From: an uncultured Sutterella sp.
Lineage (GTDB): Bacteria; Pseudomonadota; Gammaproteobacteria; Burkholderiales; Burkholderiaceae_F
Length of the DNA: 64,000 nt
Reading direction: 5' to 3'
Assembly (NCBI GenBank): GCA_900545335.1
Contig: UQYP01000001.1
Span: forward strand, 77,775 to 141,774
Positions 18,250 through 26,286 of this stretch are shown here, piece by piece. The position numbers and the translations under genes are program-made. The notes beneath the pieces were generated by a model that ran no database searches, was not told where the DNA came from, and saw only the letters and a program-made list of their open reading frames with translations. Within the stretch, counting starts at the first letter, position 1. The number at the start of each line of letters is the position of its first letter.

Positions 18250-19035
18250 ATGACCGTTTCCTCACAACCGTTTTCTGCTCGGAATGCTTTTTTCACCTTG
18301 CTGAAAAAAGAAATCATTCGATTTCAAAAAGTTGCCTTTCACAGCATTGCTACACCGGTTTTATCTTCTTTGCTGTATCTGATCGTTTTCGGAGCTGCAC
18401 TACAGGATAAGATTCTGACGGGCTCTCAAACATCGTACTTGGAGTTTCTCGTGCCCGGCCTGGTGATGATGGCTATTTTGCAGAACGCTTTTGCCAATAC
18501 TTCTTCATCATTTGTTCAGTCAAAAATTTCCGGCACGTTGTCGTTTTTACTGGTGACACCGCTTAATAACATCATGATTGCATCGGCCTATGTTTTATCC
18601 GCTGTCTTTCGCGGACTGGTGGTCGGTCTTTGTGTATGGGTGGGCAGTGCCATTTGGATCACTCCCAATATCGGTTCGGCTTTTTGGATTTTTATCTTTG
18701 CACTATTAGGTGCCTTTATCATGGCTTGTCTCGGCCTGATTACAGCCATTTGGGCAGACCGATACGAGCAAATGGGTGTTATTCAAACCTTCGTCATCAT
18801 GCCCCTGACTTTTTTGTCCGGCGTGTTTTATTCCTGTGAGGCTTTACCACAGCCCTGGCGTGATTTAACCGTATTTAATCCGCTGTACTACTTGATTGAC
18901 GGCTTCAGAGGCGGATTTTTAAATCATTTTGAAACAGACCCTTTATTGGCTGTTCTTTTTGGCTTGATGGCCTGCCTCGTTACTTTTTTCATCAGCGTCT
19001 GGCTTTTACGAAAGGGCTATAAAATCAAATCATAA
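18250..19035 (+). CDS. ABC-2 family transporter permease (YadH-like)
   Basis: It is a 6-TM permease of 261 aa, 8 nt after the ATPase gene. Confidence 0.75.
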   Translation: MTVSSQPFSARNAFFTLLKKEIIRFQKVAFHSIATPVLSSLLYLIVFGAALQDKILTGSQTSYLEFLVPGLVMMAILQNAFANTSSSFVQSKISGTLSFLLVTPLNNIMIASAYVLSAVFRGLVVGLCVWVGSAIWITPNIGSAFWIFIFALLGAFIMACLGLITAIWADRYEQMGVIQTFVIMPLTFLSGVFYSCEALPQPWRDLTVFNPLYYLIDGFRGGFLNHFETDPLLAVLFGLMACLVTFFISVWLLRKGYKIKS

Positions 19036-19155
19036 GAGAATAACCACTCTACTGAATAACTTGAGCAGTTGTTTCTCAAAACTTATTTCTTGAAAGGTTC
19101 AATCGGCTTAAAATAAGCGGATTGATGACAACATTTCATGTCCTTGAGGTAAATC

Positions 19156-20997
19156 GTGGCTATTGATTCCGCTGAAATTCGATTCCAGGCACTGAGCCAA
19201 TTAAAGACTCTTGACCAATTTGTTCCGGCTCGTGCAAAAATCGCACCGCACACAGAAGCTCTCAGACAATTTGACCGACGTTCCAACACATGGGAACGCG
19301 TTTCTTACAGAGATTTGGATGAACGGATCCAGCAATGGCGACGGGCTTTTTGCAAGATGGGTCTCAAGCACGGTGATCGAGTAGCGATCTTGCTGCCGAA
19401 CGGAGTCGACGCCGTCTGTTGCGATCAGGCCGTTTTGGCTAACGGCTACGTACCGGTGCCGCTGCACGCCATTGATACGCCGGGGTCCAGTGCCTTTATT
19501 ATTGCGGACAGTCAGGCTTGCGTCCTGGTCACTAACCGACAAAACCGCTGGGATTCCATTTCTCTCAGTCATACGGTTATGCCGGATCTCAGGAACGTGA
19601 TTTTCACGGAAGAATCCTCCCCTGAGGAACGTCGTGACGGAGTAAAACTGTGGGATTTGGAATCGTGGTTAGCCACAGGGCACGGCGTTACAGAATTGCC
19701 CGCTCCTCCCACAGAAGATGACCTGGCTGCCATTGTTTACACCTCCGGAACAACCGGTAAACCCAAAGGTGTCATGCTCACCCATAAAAATGTGGTAAGC
19801 AATGTCATCAACACCTTAAAAACCGTTTATCCCAAACCCGGTGATGTGTTTTTGTCTTTCTTACCCGTGTCTCATACTTTCGAGCGCATGGCCGGTTACT
19901 ATCTGGCATTAGGGATGGGATGCACTATTGTTTACACGCGTTCCATCCAACAATTGGCTGAAGACTTCAGAATCGTACGCCCTAACGTCATCATTTCAGT
20001 TCCTCGTATTTACGAGAGAATTTTTGCCAAAGTTCAAGCCAAATTGGCCCGCGAGTCTAAGTTTGTCCGATTCTTGTTCAACTGGGCCGTCGAAGTCGGT
20101 TGGAGACGATTTAGTCAAAAGTACGGTCTTCCCTGTCAACGAGGCGGAGCAACCGTTTTTGATCCGATTGTTTGGCCGATCCTTGAACGCCTGGTATCTA
20201 AAACTCTGCTCAATCAATTCGGCGGTCAATTAAGAATTGCCATCAGCGGAGGAGCCGCGATGAATCCTAAGGTTGCCAAAGCCTTCTGCGGTTTAGGCTT
20301 ACCGATCATTCAGGGCTATGGGATGACTGAAACGAGCCCCATTATCGCCGGCAACTCTTTGGCCTATAACCATCCGAGCACCGTTGGCAAACCCTTACCC
20401 GAGACGAATGTCCGACTGGGCGAAGGCAATGAAATTCAAGTGAAGTCTGCCTCCGTTATGAAGGGGTATTGGAACAGACCCCAAGCCACACGGGAAGCTT
20501 TTACTGAAGACGGGTGGTTGAAAACGGGCGATGTGGGTGAATTTGATCACGAGGGTTTTCTCAAAATTGTCGGCCGTATCAAAGAAATTATCGTTACCAG
20601 TACGGGTGAAAAGGTCCCGCCGGCTGACTTGGAATTGGCCATTGAAATCGATCCGCTTTTTGATCAGGCTTTAGTAATCGGCGAAAATCGTCCCTTCATT
20701 TCAACGATTGTCGTACTCAATAAAGAAGAGTGGAAAAATTTAGCCGCGACCTTGGATCTGGATCCGAACGATCCTGAAAGTTTAATGGCCAATGTCACGC
20801 GCAATGCGGTCTTAAAGCGAATTAAAGCCGCCGCAAAGGGCTTCCCGCAATACGCCTTGCCCAGAAACGTTTACCTCACCTTAGAGCCTTGGACGATTGA
20901 CAACGGTCTGATTACGCCGACGTTAAAACTCAAGCGTAAAGCATTAAATGAGAAATTTGCTCCGCAAATTCAAACACTTTATGCAGGTCATCGCTAA
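19156..20997 (+). CDS. AMP-forming acyl-CoA synthetase (long-chain-fatty-acid--CoA ligase family)
   Basis: The AMP-binding motif YTSGTTGKPKGVMLTHKN and a downstream TGD motif (WLKTGDVGEF) are present. The start codon is GTG, with a GAGG Shine-Dalgarno sequence. Confidence 0.8.
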   Translation: MAIDSAEIRFQALSQLKTLDQFVPARAKIAPHTEALRQFDRRSNTWERVSYRDLDERIQQWRRAFCKMGLKHGDRVAILLPNGVDAVCCDQAVLANGYVPVPLHAIDTPGSSAFIIADSQACVLVTNRQNRWDSISLSHTVMPDLRNVIFTEESSPEERRDGVKLWDLESWLATGHGVTELPAPPTEDDLAAIVYTSGTTGKPKGVMLTHKNVVSNVINTLKTVYPKPGDVFLSFLPVSHTFERMAGYYLALGMGCTIVYTRSIQQLAEDFRIVRPNVIISVPRIYERIFAKVQAKLARESKFVRFLFNWAVEVGWRRFSQKYGLPCQRGGATVFDPIVWPILERLVSKTLLNQFGGQLRIAISGGAAMNPKVAKAFCGLGLPIIQGYGMTETSPIIAGNSLAYNHPSTVGKPLPETNVRLGEGNEIQVKSASVMKGYWNRPQATREAFTEDGWLKTGDVGEFDHEGFLKIVGRIKEIIVTSTGEKVPPADLELAIEIDPLFDQALVIGENRPFISTIVVLNKEEWKNLAATLDLDPNDPESLMANVTRNAVLKRIKAAAKGFPQYALPRNVYLTLEPWTIDNGLITPTLKLKRKALNEKFAPQIQTLYAGHR

Positions 20998-21036
20998 AAT
21001 AGCAACTTTTGCTGCGAACAGATTGAATTGAAGATT

Positions 21037-22332
21037 ATGGCTGAACATACCAAATTATTACCGGATTGGATGATCGGACTGACCGATCGCATCATGAAGT
21101 ACTACATTGATCGAGAACTCAATGTTGAACCCATTATTCTCGACAGGCATCCGGAGCCTCAGCCCGGTCATCAATACATGATGTACGCACACATCCCGTT
21201 CTGCCATACTCTGTGCTCGTATTGCACATTCCACCGCTTTATCTTCAAGGAATATAAAGCGCGTGAGTACTTTGTGAATTTGCGCAAAGAAATGCAGATG
21301 GCTCGGGACATGGGCTATGACTTTACCTCTATGTATATCGGCGGAGGTACTACCACTATTTTGGAAGACGAGCTGATTCAAACCATTGAACTGGCACGAA
21401 AGCTCTTCCCGTCCATGAAAGAGGTCTCCTGTGAAACCGATCCCGCTCATTTAGCGACAGAAAGTTTCCGAAACCTCAAAGGCTTGGTCGATCGTATGTC
21501 TGTCGGCGTTCAAAGCTTTGATGACAATATCCTCAAAATGATCGATCGGTATGAAAAATTCGGCAGCGGCGAGCAAATTTTCGAACGCATTCAAGCCGCT
21601 CAGGAACTCTTCCCGATCATGAATGTCGACATGATTTTCGGCTTCAGAGGACAAACAGAAGAGATTTTGCAGCGGGATGTAGATTTATTGATGAAATTAA
21701 ATCCCCGTCAGATCACAACCTATCCTTTGATGGTCACCACGCAAACTAAAGCAAGTGTTCGAAATACGATTGCCGCCCCCACAGCCGATCTGGCGGCTCA
21801 GTACCGCATCATTTTGGATACGTTGGGGAAGAACTACAATCAACTCACCTCCTGGACTTTCGGCCGCTCTCACGATGAAGGCTTTGATGAGTATGTCGTC
21901 GATCACGACGAATACCTGGGGCTCGGATCCGGAGCCTTCAGTTTCCTTGGTGATTCGCTGTACGTCAATACGTTTAGTCTGCGACGCTATAACGAGCGCA
22001 TCAGTCAGGGCAAGATGGGCGTAGAGAGAAGAAAGCGTTTCGATAAGCACGCCATTTTGCAATACAGGCTTCTGTTGGGTTTATTTGCCGCTCGCTTATC
22101 GAGAAAGTACTTCCGTGAAGTTCACGGAGTTGATTTAGATCGTGCCCTGTTTAAAGAAATGCTGGGGTTAAAGCTCGCCGGTGCCATTAAAGATAGCCCT
22201 GCGGATCCGGATAATCTCATCGTAACCGATGCGGGTAAGTTCTTAGGCTTAGTCATGATGAAAGCTTTTTATTCCGGCATGGATAACGTTCGGGCTGAAT
22301 TGCGCAAGCCTCTGTCTTCCATTGATATGTAG
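21037..22332 (+). CDS. HemN-family radical SAM protein (coproporphyrinogen-III-oxidase-like paralog; not HydG)
   Basis: It has HIPFCHTLCSYCTF (CxxxCxxC), YIGGGTTTIL (GGGT motif) and a HemN_C-like tail. I took the ATG at 21037 in preference to the upstream TTG at 21028. Confidence 0.75.
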   Translation: MAEHTKLLPDWMIGLTDRIMKYYIDRELNVEPIILDRHPEPQPGHQYMMYAHIPFCHTLCSYCTFHRFIFKEYKAREYFVNLRKEMQMARDMGYDFTSMYIGGGTTTILEDELIQTIELARKLFPSMKEVSCETDPAHLATESFRNLKGLVDRMSVGVQSFDDNILKMIDRYEKFGSGEQIFERIQAAQELFPIMNVDMIFGFRGQTEEILQRDVDLLMKLNPRQITTYPLMVTTQTKASVRNTIAAPTADLAAQYRIILDTLGKNYNQLTSWTFGRSHDEGFDEYVVDHDEYLGLGSGAFSFLGDSLYVNTFSLRRYNERISQGKMGVERRKRFDKHAILQYRLLLGLFAARLSRKYFREVHGVDLDRALFKEMLGLKLAGAIKDSPADPDNLIVTDAGKFLGLVMMKAFYSGMDNVRAELRKPLSSIDM

Positions 22333-22338
22333 GATTTC

Positions 22339-22380
22339 GCTACCTCTAAAGAGGTAGCAATTCTTAAGCTGTTTTTTCCT
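22339..22380 (+). terminator. Stem-loop (perfect 9-bp palindrome GCTACCTCT-AA-AGAGGTAGC) followed by a T-run; a candidate terminator after the HemN-like gene
   Basis: The hairpin lies 7 nt after the stop at 22332. The T6 tract sits about 14 nt downstream of the stem, so this would be an atypical intrinsic terminator. Confidence 0.4.
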
Positions 22381-22459
22381 TATTTTTTGTAAAAATTCTT
22401 TATAGTTCCAGCGTTGTCAGAAGGTTTTCCAGGACCAAGGAATGCCTTTGACGACAGGA

Positions 22460-22473
22460 ATTGTACGTACAAT
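22460..22473 (+). promoter_or_regulatory. Perfect 14-bp palindrome ATTGTACGTACAAT about 85 nt upstream of hydA; candidate dimeric regulator site
   Basis: Seen directly in the sequence. It does not match the FNR (TTGAT-N4-ATCAA) or CRP consensus spacing, so the cognate factor is unknown. Confidence 0.3.
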
Positions 22474-22556
22474 CCCTGAGTTTCAAGAGGACCTGTGCAC
22501 AAGGCACTTGTGACTTAGAGATTCTATTTTCAGTAAATCTTGGGAGAGATTTAAAC

Positions 22557-23912
22557 ATGTCCAAAACGATTATGGTCAATACGTTTACTCCGCCGCCCAA
22601 TGCGCACGGTGAAAACGGACCTGAATACGTTGGCAACCTCCGTCGCGGTGAATTGCGTGGCGTGATCAAGATCAACAAGGATAACTGCGTTGGTTGCGAT
22701 ACCTGCCGTAAAGTTTGCCCGGTGCATGCCATCTCCGGTGGTCTGGGTGTTGTCCACTCCATCCGTGAAGACGCTTGCTTGTCTTGCGGCCAATGCTTGA
22801 TCGCTTGCCCCTTCAATGCGATCGAACAAATGAGCTTTGTTGATGAAGTCATGAAGATGCTTGACGATCCCAACAAACTCGTTGTCGCTCACCCGTCTCC
22901 TGCCGTTCGTGTTTCCGTCGGTGAAGAATTTGGTGCCAAAGCCGGTGAACTCGTCACCGAACAGTTCGTCAACGCTTTGGAAAAAGCCGGTTTTGTGACC
23001 TATGACGTGAACCAAACCGCTGACCAGACGATTATGGAAGAAGGCTTTGAATTCGTTAACAAGATCCGCTACTGGGTCTTGGGCGAACGCGGACCTGAAT
23101 TGGAAGAAGCCGCAAAGCACCCCTTCCCGCACTTCACAAGCTGCTGCCCGGCTTGGGTTAAGAATGTTGAAACGTTCCACCCGGGCTTAATTCCGCACTT
23201 GTCTACCGCTAAGAGCCCGATTCAGATGGGTGGCCCGATCGCCAAGACCTGGGCTGCGGAATACGTTTGGAAGAAAGATCCTCGCGACATCTACGTTGTC
23301 GCCGTCACGCCCTGCACGGCTAAGATTTTCGAGGCTGCCCGCCCGGAAATGAATTCTGCCTGGCACCACTTGGTTGAAACGGGCAAGATTCCTGCCGATA
23401 CACCGTCTTTCCAAGACGTTGATGCAGTGATTACCGCTCGTGAAATCGCTGAAATCTTCCGCCGCAAGGGTATTAATCCGCTCGAATTGCCGAAGACTCG
23501 AGAACGCAGCACGATGGAAGTCTATACGGGTGCCGGTACGATTTTCGGTGCCTCCGGCGGTGTGATGGAAGCTGCCTTGCGTACGGCTTATTTCGTTTTA
23601 GCCGGCGAAGAGCTTAAGAACCCGGACATCAAGATCGTTCGCGGCCGCACCGACGCTGTCGTGGAAGCTACGATCCCTGTGCCCATTAAGAAGTTGGGCG
23701 GCAAGGTTTTTGAAGTTCGTGTCTGCGTTGTCAATGGTGCTTTGCAGGGCCTCGAAGGTGTTCTGCGCCGCATCAAGGAAGACAAGAACCGCTATCACTT
23801 CATCGAAGTGATGAACTGCCCGGGCGGTTGTGTCAACGGCGGCGGTCAGCCGGTTCGTACCGACAGCGCCACGTGGTTGAATCCCACGTTGCCGGTTCCC
23901 GTGCAAATTTAA
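22557..23912 (+). CDS. hydA: [FeFe]-hydrogenase large (catalytic) subunit
   Basis: All three H-cluster motifs are present: L1 FTSCCPAW, L2 TPCTAKIFE and L3 EVMNCPGGCVNGGGQP. There are two N-terminal 4Fe-4S ferredoxin motifs (CVGCDTCRKVCP and CLSCGQCLIACP). A GGGAGAG Shine-Dalgarno sequence precedes the ATG at 22557. The ORF-track TTG start at 22461 is an upstream extension that I rejected. Confidence 0.9.
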   Translation: MSKTIMVNTFTPPPNAHGENGPEYVGNLRRGELRGVIKINKDNCVGCDTCRKVCPVHAISGGLGVVHSIREDACLSCGQCLIACPFNAIEQMSFVDEVMKMLDDPNKLVVAHPSPAVRVSVGEEFGAKAGELVTEQFVNALEKAGFVTYDVNQTADQTIMEEGFEFVNKIRYWVLGERGPELEEAAKHPFPHFTSCCPAWVKNVETFHPGLIPHLSTAKSPIQMGGPIAKTWAAEYVWKKDPRDIYVVAVTPCTAKIFEAARPEMNSAWHHLVETGKIPADTPSFQDVDAVITAREIAEIFRRKGINPLELPKTRERSTMEVYTGAGTIFGASGGVMEAALRTAYFVLAGEELKNPDIKIVRGRTDAVVEATIPVPIKKLGGKVFEVRVCVVNGALQGLEGVLRRIKEDKNRYHFIEVMNCPGGCVNGGGQPVRTDSATWLNPTLPVPVQI

Positions 23913-23929
23913 TTGGATGGAGACAATAA

Positions 23930-24274
23930 ATGCGCAAGTATGAATATACCGAACGACAAACCGTTGCAATGCTCGGTCGCCGCGGCTTTTTGAAAGTTGT
24001 CGGTGTAACGGCTTTGGCAATCGGTGTCACGGGTTACGCCGTTGTTGACCTCATCCAACGTCGTTCCGATGTAATTAAGGCCCGTCAAGCCGGTTTGTAT
24101 CGTGATGACAAGATTTGCCAGGAAAACGGTTTGGCTTGTTCTCACCAAAACAAGTCTGTGTTGCGTTTCTATGCTGATATGCACACTCAACCGGCCACCG
24201 GCGAATTGGCTCACCACCTTTTGCATACCCACTACTATCCGCGTACGCAATTAGCGGCTTTGGGAGGTAAATAA
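23930..24274 (+). CDS. hydB: [FeFe]-hydrogenase small subunit with twin-arginine (Tat) signal peptide
   Basis: In the 114-aa product, the Tat motif is GRRGFLKVVGVTALAIG. Its position immediately after hydA and its size match the small subunit of periplasmic dimeric [FeFe]-hydrogenases. Confidence 0.75.
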   Translation: MRKYEYTERQTVAMLGRRGFLKVVGVTALAIGVTGYAVVDLIQRRSDVIKARQAGLYRDDKICQENGLACSHQNKSVLRFYADMHTQPATGELAHHLLHTHYYPRTQLAALGGK

Positions 24275-24939
24275 TGGCTGAACGGATTTTACGATTCCAC
24301 CCCGCCGACAAAATCTTTCACGCTGTCAATGCGGTAACGTGGTTTGCTTTGCTGTTTACGGGTGCAGCTGTTTACTTCTGCAACCTCTCTGATGAAACAG
24401 CCAATAATTTGATGATCTGGCACATCTGGATTGCCGTGGTCTATACCTTTAACCTGATCGGTTACTTGGTGTTCGCTCCGCATCGCTTTGCGGCTACCTT
24501 GAATGCCTTGTTAACCTGGGATATGGATACGATTAAGTGGTTCCGCAATTTCGGCGGTTATCCGCGTCGCTTCTTCAAGATCCCCTTCGGTCCGGTTGAA
24601 GTGCCGCCGCAAGGCCGCTATAACGGCGGTCAGAAGATGAGCTATCTCATTTTCTTCTTCATGATGTACGGTCTTGCCGTCACCGGCTGGTTGCTCTTTT
24701 ACTTCGCTCCGGCGATCCCGAAAGGCGCTTTCTGGTGGATGTACATTTTCCATGTTTGGGGTTCCATCATCTGCTCGTTGATGGTCGTCTGTGCTCACAT
24801 CCCCTTGGCTTTGCTCTCTTGGGAACACTTCAAGGGTATTTGGGGTCCGGGCGAAGGCACGATCTCTTACGAGGCTGCCGAACACCATTCTCCGAAATGG
24901 CTTGAAAAGGATGTTATTCGTACGAACCTTGAAAAGTAA
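24274..24939 (+). CDS. Membrane b-type cytochrome (Ni/Fe-hydrogenase / formate-dehydrogenase cytochrome b family; HyaC/FdnI-like)
   Basis: It is a 4-TM protein with conserved His residues in the TM helices (HAVNAVTWFALLF…WHIWIAVVY…HVWGSIIC…). Its start overlaps the hydB stop. Confidence 0.65.
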   Translation: MAERILRFHPADKIFHAVNAVTWFALLFTGAAVYFCNLSDETANNLMIWHIWIAVVYTFNLIGYLVFAPHRFAATLNALLTWDMDTIKWFRNFGGYPRRFFKIPFGPVEVPPQGRYNGGQKMSYLIFFFMMYGLAVTGWLLFYFAPAIPKGAFWWMYIFHVWGSIICSLMVVCAHIPLALLSWEHFKGIWGPGEGTISYEAAEHHSPKWLEKDVIRTNLEK

Positions 24940-24976
24940 TTTGTACGAAAGTATCGCTTTGATACACATCTGATAT

Positions 24977-25014
24977 AAAGGGATCCGTTATTATTACGCG
25001 GATCCCTTTTTTAT
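24977..25014 (+). terminator. Rho-independent terminator after the hydAB-cytochrome b operon
   Basis: It has an 11-bp stem (AAAGGGATCCG … CGGATCCCTTT) with an 11-nt loop, followed by TTTTTT. Confidence 0.75.
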
Positions 25015-25034
25015 TGGATAGGAAAATTCATACT

Positions 25035-26279
25035 ATGGCAACCAGTCGAATGGAAACTCCTAAAGGACTGCGACTGCACTTTGGACTTTTCGGCAAACGC
25101 AATGCCGGGAAGTCTTCCCTCATTAATGCGCTTGCCAATCAAAATATTTCTATTGTGAGCAGCGTGGCAGGGACTACCACCGACCCGGTAGAAAAAGCTT
25201 TTGAGCTTTCTCCGATCGGTCCAGTCGTTTTTATGGATACGGCCGGCATCGACGACATCGGAGACCTCGGTCAGGCGCGAGTGCAAAAAAGTCTCTCCGT
25301 GCTCGAATGGATGGATGTTGCCATTGTGGTTTGTGAGGCAGGGACATGGGGAGAACACGAGGAAGGAATCCTCAAAGTCACTAAGTCAAACGGTACCCCT
25401 ACAATCATCGTCTTCAATAAATGTGATTTACGTGATCCCACTGCGGAAGAACTAAATTCCCTGACTTCTCGAGGCTACAAAGTCATTCAGGCAAGTGCTG
25501 CGAACCGTAAAGGGATCGCAGAATTGCGTGACGCAATCATCGAAACCGTTTTACAAAATACTGAACCTGATCGTCCGCTCATCGGAGACTTGGCGCAGGT
25601 TGGCGACACCGTTGTTTTAGTGACCCCCATTGACACAGGCGCTCCTAAAGGCCGACTGATTTTGCCACAAGTGCAAGCTATCCGCGAACTATTGGATGCA
25701 GGAGCAAAATGCGTTGTCATTAAAGAAGACCGAATCACAGAAACACTCAATGAATTAAAAGCCCCGCCTCGTCTTGTTATTACCGATAGTCAGGTTGTGC
25801 TCAGAGTTGTCAAAGAAGTACCGGAACCTATACCGGTCACGACATTTTCCATTCAAATGGCTTATTCAAAGAGTGACCTTTTGGAAATGGCGATCGGTGC
25901 GGCGGCATTAACCAAACTAAAACCCGGCGATAAAGTTTTAATTGCCGAAACTTGCTCTCATCATCCCTTAAAAGATGACATCGGTCGGGTAAAAATCCCT
26001 AATTGGCTCAGAAAAACCGTGGGAGAACTTCAAATTGAGATTGCTGTTGGCAAAGATTTCCCGACAGACCTATCTCCCTACAAAGTCATCATCCAGTGCG
26101 GAGGCTGTATTGTGACCCGACGGCATATGCTTGCCCGCCTGCGTCAGGCAAAAGCTCAAGGTGTTCCCATGACTAACTATGGGGTAACGATTTCTTATCT
26201 GCAGGGCGTATTGCCCAGAGTATTGGCCTGCCATCCGGATGCTAAGGCAGCCTTTGATCAAGCTTTAAAAACTCTGTGA
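25035..26279 (+). CDS. hydF: [FeFe]-hydrogenase maturation GTPase HydF
   Basis: It has an N-terminal GTPase domain (G1 GKRNAGKSS, G3 DTAG, G4 NKCD) plus C-terminal dimerisation and FeS domains, and it is adjacent to hydE. I set the start after the upstream terminator, not at 25014. Confidence 0.85.
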   Translation: MATSRMETPKGLRLHFGLFGKRNAGKSSLINALANQNISIVSSVAGTTTDPVEKAFELSPIGPVVFMDTAGIDDIGDLGQARVQKSLSVLEWMDVAIVVCEAGTWGEHEEGILKVTKSNGTPTIIVFNKCDLRDPTAEELNSLTSRGYKVIQASAANRKGIAELRDAIIETVLQNTEPDRPLIGDLAQVGDTVVLVTPIDTGAPKGRLILPQVQAIRELLDAGAKCVVIKEDRITETLNELKAPPRLVITDSQVVLRVVKEVPEPIPVTTFSIQMAYSKSDLLEMAIGAAALTKLKPGDKVLIAETCSHHPLKDDIGRVKIPNWLRKTVGELQIEIAVGKDFPTDLSPYKVIIQCGGCIVTRRHMLARLRQAKAQGVPMTNYGVTISYLQGVLPRVLACHPDAKAAFDQALKTL

Positions 26280-26286
26280 AAAATTT

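Noticed and set aside
19083-19289. 68-aa ORF on the minus strand overlapping the acyl-CoA synthetase start
   Set aside because: It overlaps the Shine-Dalgarno sequence and start of a strongly supported gene and has no signal of its own.
21037-22332. Possibility that this radical SAM gene next to the hydrogenase cluster is HydG
   Set aside because: It has the HemN-family hallmarks HIPFCxxxCxYC and GGGT plus a HemN_C-like tail. It has no ThiH-like TIM barrel features and no C-terminal CxxCx22C.
22551-24020. Long antisense ORFs inside hydA (22551..23180 -, 23598..24020 -, 23187..23414 -)
   Set aside because: They lie entirely within a strongly supported coding region on the other strand. They have no recognisable motifs or Shine-Dalgarno sequences and are typical GC-rich shadow ORFs.
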